A stretch of DNA of 64,000 nucleotides from an uncultured Clostridia bacterium. GTDB lineage: Bacteria; Bacillota; Clostridia; Oscillospirales; Acutalibacteraceae. The position numbers were made by a program, and so were the translations under genes. The notes beneath the pieces were generated by a model. That model saw nothing but the letters and a program-made list of their open reading frames with translations. It did no database searches and was not told where the DNA came from. The DNA lies in the NCBI GenBank assembly GCA_946186665.1, contig CAMHOE010000002.1, forward strand, positions 31,014 through 95,013. Direction: 5' to 3'. Numbering within the stretch: the first letter of the stretch is position 1; every line of letters starts with the position of its first letter. Below are positions 1-6,914 of the stretch, in pieces.

Positions 1-71
1 ATATAAAGCTCACCTACCCATTTGATTTCACCCTTGCTGTAGCGATACTTACATAAATGCGTATAAAAATT

Positions 72-121
72 TGGAATGTGGAATGTGGAAAGTGGAATTA
101 GTTGTGGACTCAAGTCTTGCT
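72..121 (+). repeat. Heptad array H1 (TGGAATG/TGGAAAG, about 4 units) plus conserved flank TTAGTTGTGGACTCAAGTCTTGCT
   Basis: Read directly: tggaatgtggaatgtggaaagtggaat followed by tagttgtggactcaagtcttgct. The same two-part module recurs at 56043-56100. Confidence 0.8.
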
Positions 122-142
122 ATTATCTGCAATATTAAAATG

Positions 143-190
143 AAATGGCTGTATGTTTTTGTACATCGAAAACATACAGCCATTTTTGCA
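143..190. terminator. Bidirectional intrinsic terminator hairpin
   Basis: A perfect 17-nt inverted repeat, aaatggctgtatgtttt / aaaacatacagccattt, with a T-run on the plus side and an A-run on the other side. It lies downstream of the minus-strand GNAT gene. Confidence 0.75.
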
Positions 191-242
191 TAAAAAGTCT
201 CCTGCAAGAGTTTCCTCTTACAGAAGACAGATAGTAAGAATA

Positions 243-704
243 TCAGATATTGCCTTTGTGGATATACATTCTTGTCATATCAGGCTCTCCGTCACCCTGC
301 ACCATGCAGAGAAATTCCCAGCCGTAACGCTCGTAAAACGAGGTGTGGTCGGTAACAAGATATACGGGCGATATCCCCTTGCTTTTCAAATCTCTTACAG
401 CCATGTTCAGAAGCTCTCCTGCGATACCCTGTCTGCGGTATTCTTCCTCAGTATATACGGCGCACACATTCGGGGTAAGGTCCTTTCTGTCATGAAAGTC
501 ATTTTCAATGACACCCAATCCGCCGGTTATCTTTTCTCCGTCAAGGCACAAGTACCAGCCAAGCTCTGTCTCTCCTGCAAGATAAGCATCCATACATTCA
601 AGGTAGGCTTCTGTGGGTACACACCATTTCTGATGGAACCACTCAGCCGCCTTTTCTTTTATTTCAGGCTTCTCACGAAGTGTGATGTATTTATACTTAT
701 TCAT
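243..704 (-). CDS. GNAT family N-acetyltransferase
   Basis: 153 aa ORF with an acetyl-CoA binding-type motif (RRQGIAGELL) and the usual GNAT size. GGGAGGA RBS upstream of the ATG at 704. Confidence 0.8.
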   Translation of the reverse strand: MNKYKYITLREKPEIKEKAAEWFHQKWCVPTEAYLECMDAYLAGETELGWYLCLDGEKITGGLGVIENDFHDRKDLTPNVCAVYTEEEYRRQGIAGELLNMAVRDLKSKGISPVYLVTDHTSFYERYGWEFLCMVQGDGEPDMTRMYIHKGNI

Positions 705-770
705 ATCTTTGTTTCCTCCCTTTGTTAACCTTATTTATTTAAAATGTGTAGTCTACTCCCCCGAAAGGGA

Positions 771-1440
771 AAGCTTCAAGCTAACCACTAACCACTATTT
801 CGTCTTTGAGTACGCTGCGTATACGGCGGGTGACCCCGCAGGACGACTTAACAACGCATCTGCTTTTGTCTGAACCGTCCGCGTCACGCTCTAAAGGAGC
901 GCTTTAGCTACTACTGTACACGTCTCAAAATGCCGAACAGGAACCCTCTGCTGAAATCGGAAGTTTAAACTCTGACCACTTCCCACTAACCGCTAACCAC
1001 TATTTCGTCCTTGAGTACGCTGCGTATACGGCGGGTGACCCCGCAGGACGACTTAACAACGCATCTGCTTTTGTCTGAACCGTCCGCGTCACGCTCTAAA
1101 GGAGCGCTTTAGCTACTACTGTACACGTCTCAAAATGCCGAACAGGAACCCTCTGCTGAAATCGGAAGTTTAAACTCTGACCACTTCCCACTAACCGCTA
1201 ACCACTATTTCGTCCTTGAGTACGCTGCGTATACGGCGGGTGACCCCGCAGGACGACTTAACAACGCATCTGCTTTTGTCTGAACCGTCCGCGTCACGCT
1301 CTAAAGGAGCGCTTTAGCTAATACTGTATACGTCTCAAAATGCCGAACAGGAACCCTCTGCTGAAATCGGAACTTTAAACTCTGACCACTTCTCACTAAC
1401 CACTAACCACTATTTCGTCCTTGAGTACGCTGCGTATACG
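771..1440. repeat. 205-bp tandem repeat, about 3.2 copies. Each unit holds CCACTAA-type heptads, a copy of the last ~37 nt of the crp-family CDS, and the ~125-nt module M10.
   Basis: The anchor ACCACTATTTCGTC occurs at 791, 996, 1201 and 1406. Units differ by about 1-5 mismatches. The last partial unit is the true 3' end of the CDS at 1396-2004. Confidence 0.95.
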
Positions 1441-2004
1441 GCTCAGCGATTCCGGCTTTATCCCAAGATATGTAGCTATATGCTTCTTTGGTACACGTTC
1501 AACAAGCTCGGGATACAGCTTCTTGAAATGAAGATAACGCTCTGTTGCGTTCTCCACAAGAAAGCCGTTTTCTCTGTACATCTTGTACCGCAGACTCTGC
1601 TCCAGCATATTTATCCAGATAGTTTTCAGACCTTCATTTCCCATGATAAAGGCTTTCAGCTCGGAGACATCAAACAGCATTACAACAGTCTCTTCAATAG
1701 TCTCCCACATACATATATGCTCCTTATAGCCCATCATGCCCTCATCCATGCACCAGCCGCCCGGGATACCAAAGCCCCTTGTAATGTCGTTTCCGTCACC
1801 GTCAATGTAATAGCTTCTTACAAGACCGTCAACAACTATACCGGCTGTACCGGCTGTTTCGCCTATACCTGTAACAACGGCGTTTTTGGGATATACCCTG
1901 AACCTTGCCATCTCCACAGCACGACTCAGCACACCTTCCTCAAATCTGACATCGTATTTATCAGCAAGGGCTTTAAGCTGTAAAACTATAGACTCCTTAT
2001 TCAT
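1396..2004 (-). CDS. Crp/Fnr family transcriptional regulator (cNMP-binding domain plus C-terminal HTH)
   Basis: 202 aa with a C-terminal HTH (HIATYLGIKPESLSRIRSVLKDE). The start is 1 nt from the stop of the upstream CPBP gene. The stop TAG and the last residues IVVSG lie inside the heptad repeat. Confidence 0.8.
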   Translation of the reverse strand: MNKESIVLQLKALADKYDVRFEEGVLSRAVEMARFRVYPKNAVVTGIGETAGTAGIVVDGLVRSYYIDGDGNDITRGFGIPGGWCMDEGMMGYKEHICMWETIEETVVMLFDVSELKAFIMGNEGLKTIWINMLEQSLRYKMYRENGFLVENATERYLHFKKLYPELVERVPKKHIATYLGIKPESLSRIRSVLKDEIVVSG

Positions 2005-2005
2005 A

Positions 2006-2728
2006 TCACATCACTCCGTTTACTACAAACGCATAAATTATAGCCGCTAAGTTTGCTCCGCCGTGAGCGATCATTCCCGGCAGAAGGTGATTTGTCTTTT
2101 TGTACGCAAATATCCACACAAGACCTGCCGCAAACGAGAAGCCGAAATTATACCAGTCAAGCATTGCGAACATAAGGTTGAAAAGGAGCAGTGCTTGTGT
2201 CTCACCCATGACCTTGCCGACAAAGCACTTTGCAAGCCCTCTGAAATATATCTCCTTGAAAATGCCGCTTACAAATGCCAGCGCTATAATACTCATAACT
2301 GTAGTGGACAGAGATAGGTCGCTTTGGTTATAAGCCGACATATCTGTACCTCCCAGAGTAATGCCATACGAATAAACAAGGCTGAGAACACACGTAACTG
2401 CAAGCGCACCGATACCAAAAAGAATATCCCTGACAAGAGTTTTCTTCTGCGTTATCTCTTTCATAATGCTTATGTCATTCTTTTTGTAAAGCATTATCGC
2501 TGAGGGCAGAAGTATCATATTTACAAGTATAAGTACAATACAATAGATTACTCTGGGATATGTGGCATAGCTTGCGACGTCAAATACGTTCATGCCCGGT
2601 TTACTGCCGGAATAAGCCATAAACACCTCAAAGCCTGCGACAAAGAACGTCAGTACTGTGGTTATGGTCAATGCCCTCTCTGCGTTCCTGAAATTGGTTT
2701 CTTTTTCTTTGATATTGATTTCTTTCAT
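2006..2728 (-). CDS. CPBP family (CAAX/Abi) intramembrane metalloprotease
   Basis: 240 aa polytopic membrane protein with a KEIYFRG motif (EExxxR-like) and a later conserved-His region (MIAHGGANL). GGAGG RBS. Confidence 0.7.
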   Translation of the reverse strand: MKEINIKEKETNFRNAERALTITTVLTFFVAGFEVFMAYSGSKPGMNVFDVASYATYPRVIYCIVLILVNMILLPSAIMLYKKNDISIMKEITQKKTLVRDILFGIGALAVTCVLSLVYSYGITLGGTDMSAYNQSDLSLSTTVMSIIALAFVSGIFKEIYFRGLAKCFVGKVMGETQALLLFNLMFAMLDWYNFGFSFAAGLVWIFAYKKTNHLLPGMIAHGGANLAAIIYAFVVNGVM

Positions 2729-2800
2729 GTTTATCTACCTCCTGAAATAAGGATACCATTTCAGCAGGCACTTTGCATTGATGTATGTTAAGTGAAGTAA

Positions 2801-2840
2801 TTTTTTTAAAAAAGGACTGAGCATAAGTTCAGTCCTTTTC
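2801..2840 (-). terminator. Intrinsic terminator downstream of the transglutaminase-like gene
   Basis: Hairpin aaaggactga / tcagtccttt, followed by a T-run on the minus strand. Confidence 0.7.
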
Positions 2841-2867
2841 ATCAATGCTAATTACTCTGTTTTGATA

Positions 2868-4229
2868 TCAGCCGTCCTCATACTGATAAGAAAGCTTTAC
2901 TCTCAGTGTTCCTGCCGCTTCATTTTTCAGCACAGAAACGCCGTCTGTTTTTATCTTGTGGTTGTCGTCCAGAGTATCGTTTGCACAATCTATACAGTAG
3001 TAAAACTCGTAGGGTGCTTCATTGAACAGTTTGGTAAAATATTCATTATAGGTCATATCCGTACCAAACCTCAGAGGAACATAAGTCTCTCCCATAAGGG
3101 CTGTCTCTCTTATCTTTGCACTCAGGGTATCTGTGAGCCTTTCATCAAAGCTCTGTACCACAACACCCTCCGCATAATAGTAGTTCATGTCCTTTGATGT
3201 ACACATCGGAACAAAGAAATTGTATCTTATCAGGCTGTTTGCATCCTCTTCCCTGCGTGACTCCGATATCTCCGTTATGCTCTCGGATATGGAATGGTTA
3301 GCGCATATATACTCTGTTGTGACATTGAAATACTCATAGTTTATATTATCATCATTATCGTCCCATGTGGCATCCAGATGATACCATTCTCCGTTCATCT
3401 CCACCACGTTCCACATATGCGCAACACCGTCTGCTTCACCCCTTACGGTACTGCACACGATACCTACCCTTGTCATAAGAAGCTGTATTGCTTTGGAATA
3501 GCCCTCACACACAGCTTCTCCGTCAACGACAGCACCATATGCGGAAAAATACTGCCAGCCGTCAGAGGACGAAGTAACGCCTGTTTTATACGTACAGTTT
3601 GAGATAAGCTTATCATGAATGATTTTTTCCCTCTGATACTCAGTTCTGCCGGAGCCGACTGATGACAAGATCTCATCGACCCTCTGGTTAAAGCGGTCTA
3701 TATAAATTTCACATTCATCAGAGGATATCACAGAATAGAACTCAACTATTGTACAATCATCAACATAAGCATAGCCAAAGATATTTTCCATCCAGAATAT
3801 TTCAGGGTTATCGCTTATATAGGCATTAACGACCTCACGAATATCAAATTCAGAGAGCTTAACGCCGGGTATTCTTATTCTCGAGGTACGATATCTTCCG
3901 TTTGCATCCGGTTCATTAGTAACTCTGTACACACTCCCGTGAATTCGGTCATAGAGATCACGTTTTACATCGGTATCCAGTGCATTATAGCCTGTTTTCA
4001 CTGTAACGAGTCTATAGTTCTCAGCGGAGTAGTTATATACCTCTGTATTTATTTTTTCATACTCAGTCTCTTCTTTACCGTCATCGCTTATTTCTATTGC
4101 TTCTATATCATCATAGACACTGCCCGCCTTATTTGATGTTGTAAAAAAGAGCATAAAACAAGCTATCAAAAGAGTTACTGCAAACCCAAAAAACAACACA
4201 TAGAGTAAATTCGAAACAACCCTTTTCAT
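2868..4229 (-). CDS. Transglutaminase-like (cysteine protease fold) protein with an N-terminal TM anchor
   Basis: Contains a Cys..His..Asp core (CEGYSKAIQLL ... HMWNVVEMNGEWYHLDATWDD). I place the start at ATG 4229 (MKRVVSN), which has a GGGAGGG RBS. The ORF-track start at 4247 lies in a repeat hairpin. Confidence 0.7.
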   Translation of the reverse strand: MKRVVSNLLYVLFFGFAVTLLIACFMLFFTTSNKAGSVYDDIEAIEISDDGKEETEYEKINTEVYNYSAENYRLVTVKTGYNALDTDVKRDLYDRIHGSVYRVTNEPDANGRYRTSRIRIPGVKLSEFDIREVVNAYISDNPEIFWMENIFGYAYVDDCTIVEFYSVISSDECEIYIDRFNQRVDEILSSVGSGRTEYQREKIIHDKLISNCTYKTGVTSSSDGWQYFSAYGAVVDGEAVCEGYSKAIQLLMTRVGIVCSTVRGEADGVAHMWNVVEMNGEWYHLDATWDDNDDNINYEYFNVTTEYICANHSISESITEISESRREEDANSLIRYNFFVPMCTSKDMNYYYAEGVVVQSFDERLTDTLSAKIRETALMGETYVPLRFGTDMTYNEYFTKLFNEAPYEFYYCIDCANDTLDDNHKIKTDGVSVLKNEAAGTLRVKLSYQYEDG

Positions 4230-4241
4230 ACAACCCTCCCG

Positions 4242-4672
4242 GCGCAAGGCTTGCGCTCCCGATTCACGCTATCGTTCGCTTACGCTCACTCTGATATCCA
4301 GACCTCAACTTTTCCTGTCCGCGATTAACGGCGCAGACTTGCCAGACAATATTCCCCACCCGCCGGCGCAGGCTAAGAGCCTGCTGTTTCGGCTGTTTTA
4401 ACCGCACAAATAGTTTTATTCTCCTACTCAACTTTATGCGCCTGCATATCCCAATGTGCAATGTGCAATGTTCAATGAAATAGCTCAAAGCCCAAAGCCT
4501 CCCCTTTAGGGTAAGTGACAGAAATTTACATAGTAAATATTTGCCAGACGGGTTCCATTCAGCGAATGCACTCGCAATTCTTTACAGCACTTGCTATATT
4601 TCGTTTTCGCTAAAGCGAAAACGTACCACAACTATTCACTATTCGTTATTCACTATTCATTATTCACTATTT
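4242..4672 (+). repeat. Full-length mosaic intergenic repeat (archetype). Module order is M1 hairpin-27mer, M2, M3, M4, M5, H3 heptads, M7, M8, H2 heptads.
   Basis: M1 is gcgcaaggcttgcgctcccgattcacg. M4 is ..ccgccggcgcaggctaagagcctgctgtttcggctg. H3 is caatgtgcaatgtgcaatgttcaatg. M8 is ..ttcgttttcgctaaagcgaaaacgtaccacaa. H2 is (ctattca)n. Each module is found again at 6326-6913, 10039-10487, 18566-18818 and 38584-39100, among other sites. Confidence 0.9.
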
Positions 4673-4676
4673 CCGG

Positions 4677-5162
4677 TCACGCACCGCCTGATTTTTTTGT
4701 TCCGGAGTTTTTGTTCTGAAAATTTTTAAGGCTCTGTCTTGTTTTTTTCAGGGCTGCAAGATTTGCGGAAAGCTCATCGTCAGCCTTTTTCATTATGTTG
4801 TCTATATAGCTGTTGGCAGCGTTCCTGATTTTTGCAGCTTCTGCATTTGCTTTGTTGATTATCTCACTTGCCCTCTGCTGAGCCTGCCTTGTGATTTCAT
4901 TATGCTCCACCATAGCTTTGGCTCTTTCCTCTGCCTGCTGAACTATCGTCTCTGCTTCCTGCTTTGACTTTGCTAAAATGTTGCTGCGGTCTGCCGCAAT
5001 ACTCTTTGCCTGTCTTACCTCCTGCGGCATATTGGTGCGCATCTCGTCTACTATCTCCTGTATACGCTCTGCATTGACTACTTTTTTGCCGCCTGAAAGG
5101 GGCATTTTCGCTGAGGTATCGATTATCTCCTGAAGCTCGTCTATCAACATTTCCAGTTTCAT
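4677..5162 (-). CDS. Coiled-coil protein of unknown function (ATPase subunit b/G-like heptad-rich helix)
   Basis: 161 aa, rich in A/E/K/Q and predicted helical. It overlaps the coaD stop by 4 nt, which suggests translational coupling. Confidence 0.5.
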   Translation of the reverse strand: MKLEMLIDELQEIIDTSAKMPLSGGKKVVNAERIQEIVDEMRTNMPQEVRQAKSIAADRSNILAKSKQEAETIVQQAEERAKAMVEHNEITRQAQQRASEIINKANAEAAKIRNAANSYIDNIMKKADDELSANLAALKKTRQSLKNFQNKNSGTKKSGGA

Positions 5163-5653
5163 TTCATATTACTCCTTTGTTTTATTCTCAACAAGATTTC
5201 ATCATGTATACATTCCGGTACAAAAGGCGATACGTCTCCGCCAAGCGCACCCACCTGTTTTACTATACTCGAACTCAGATACATATTATCCGCACTCGTT
5301 GTAAGAAAAACAGTTTCCAGATTGCTGTCCAGCTTTCTGTTGGTCAGTGCCATCTGAAATTCATATTCAAAGTCCGATACGGCACGCAAACCCTTCACAA
5401 TGGCAGAAGCCTTTTTTTGTGCGGCAAAATCCGCAAGCAGACCGCTGAAGCTCATTATCTCTACATTATCTATATCTGCTGTTGCCTTGCGCAGAAAATC
5501 CGTTCTTTCTTCAATTGTAAACCAAGGTTTCTTATCAAGGTTCACAAGAACGGCAACGATAACATGGTCAAAAAGCTTTGATGCTCTTTTTATAATATCG
5601 ATATGCCCTACTGTTACGGGGTCGAAGCTTCCCGGACAGATAGCTGTTCTCAT
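5159..5653 (-). CDS. coaD: Phosphopantetheine adenylyltransferase
   Basis: N-terminus MRTAICPGSFDPVTVGHIDII is the canonical T/HxGH nucleotidyltransferase signature. 164 aa. Confidence 0.95.
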   Translation of the reverse strand: MRTAICPGSFDPVTVGHIDIIKRASKLFDHVIVAVLVNLDKKPWFTIEERTDFLRKATADIDNVEIMSFSGLLADFAAQKKASAIVKGLRAVSDFEYEFQMALTNRKLDSNLETVFLTTSADNMYLSSSIVKQVGALGGDVSPFVPECIHDEILLRIKQRSNMK

Positions 5654-6201
5654 ATACCATCCACTTCCCTTTGCGAATACACGGTTATCATTATCTTACC
5701 GTATTTATAATTTTTCTTGATGACAAAATCTCCTGTCTGTTCAGGAAGCTGTTCATCAAAGGGATGCTCACATATAATTATCCCGCTCCCTTTCATCACC
5801 TTCGGCAGGCGCATAAGAGCAGACTGAAGAAGTCCCGTTTTGTACGGCGGGTCAAGAAAAGCTATATCAAAACGCTGTGAAGTACCTGAAAGATAGCTCA
5901 GGGTATCGCCGTTTCTGACCTCAGCCTTTTCTGCAAGACCTGTTGTCTCCAGATTTTTTCGTACAGCGTCAAGCGAACGTCTGCTGTTATCAATAAAAAC
6001 CGCCTTTTCAGCACCTCTGCTCAATGCTTCTATACCCATCTGACCGGAACCTGCAAAGGCGTCAAGGAACACTCTTCCCTCGACCGAGAACTGTATTATA
6101 CTGAACACTGATTCCTTTACATTATCGGTAGTAGGGCGGACATCATCACCCGAAGGTGTTATCAGCCTGCGTCCCCTTGACGACCCGGTAATCACTCTCA
6201 T
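5650..6201 (-). CDS. rsmD: 16S rRNA (guanine966-N2)-methyltransferase RsmD
   Basis: 183 aa with a DPPY motif, an AGSG SAM-binding motif, and conserved rsmD-coaD synteny. Confidence 0.9.
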   Translation of the reverse strand: MRVITGSSRGRRLITPSGDDVRPTTDNVKESVFSIIQFSVEGRVFLDAFAGSGQMGIEALSRGAEKAVFIDNSRRSLDAVRKNLETTGLAEKAEVRNGDTLSYLSGTSQRFDIAFLDPPYKTGLLQSALMRLPKVMKGSGIIICEHPFDEQLPEQTGDFVIKKNYKYGKIMITVYSQREVDGI

Positions 6202-6254
6202 ACACTCACTGTCCTATCATTCTGATATTCTTACGCTACAATATCACACTATAA

Positions 6255-6282
6255 ATTATAATTTATTACGTCAAAAAGTCAA
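6255..6282 (-). promoter_or_regulatory. Sigma-A type promoter for rsmD-coaD
   Basis: Minus strand reads TTGACT - 16 nt - TATAAT, about 55 nt upstream of the rsmD ATG. Confidence 0.6.
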
Positions 6283-6325
6283 TAGACTTTTTGCATATCA
6301 TTAACAAAAATTAATCCGAATTTTC

Positions 6326-6913
6326 GTCAGGCGGGTAACCCCGCCGGACGACTTAGAACGCATAGACTTTATTAAGAACCGTCCGCGTCACGCACCTAAA
6401 GGTGCGCTTTGGCTACTGCTGTACACGTCTACAACTGCCGAGTGGAACCCCTACGTCAAAGATTTACTATGTAAATTTTTGACACCTCCCCTTTCAGGAG
6501 AGACGGAAATAGTGAATAGTGAATGGTGAATAATGAATAGTGAATAGTTGTGGTGCGTTTTCGCTTAGGCGAAAACGAATTATAGTAAGTATAATATAAA
6601 CTACAACTTCAAACAGTACAGGCGCACATATTTACGGAGGAGGAGAAACTGTCTGCTCGAAGAGTGCAGCCGAAACAGCAGGCTCTTAGCCTGCGCCGGC
6701 GGATGGGGATGAGGGTCTGCCGGTTCCGCGCCGTTAATCGCGGACAGTAAAAGTTTTGGTTATACTAAACAGAGTGAGCTTTAGCGAACGCCAACGCGAA
6801 TCGGGTGCGCAAACCTTGCGCCGCCGTTTATCGCGGACAGGAAAATGTTTGGTCATACTATCAGAGTGAGCTTTAGCGAACGCCAACGCGAATCGGGTGC
6901 GCAGGCTCTGCGC
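6326..6913 (-). repeat. Mosaic intergenic repeat in the opposite orientation to 4242-4672. Plus-strand order is M10, M7, H2, M8, M5, M4, then (M3-M2-M1) x2.
   Basis: The reverse complement of 6666-6715 matches M4 of 4337-4396. H2 here reads gaatagtgaatagtgaatggtgaataatgaatagtgaatag. A 93-bp unit is duplicated (ccgttaatcgcgg at 6731, ccgtttatcgcgg at 6824). The last hairpin abuts the uvrC stop. Confidence 0.9.
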
Positions 6914-6914
6914 T

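Noticed and set aside
4606-4627. M8 hairpin (CGTTTTCGCTAAAGCGAAAACG and variants) as the intrinsic terminator of the adjacent genes
   Set aside because: No U-tract follows the hairpin in either orientation in any copy. Genuine terminators in the window (for example 43337-43388 and 47361-47396) look different. A role in RNA stability or processing is not excluded.
4264-4729. Small ORFs inside the mosaic repeat (4264-4488 minus, 4541-4729 plus). Similar ones occur at 38574-39014, 43114-43594, 18419-18816 and 23290-23618.
   Set aside because: They lie wholly in repeat modules, lack RBSs, and have low-complexity or Arg/Cys-rich composition. The homologous DNA is found in both orientations.
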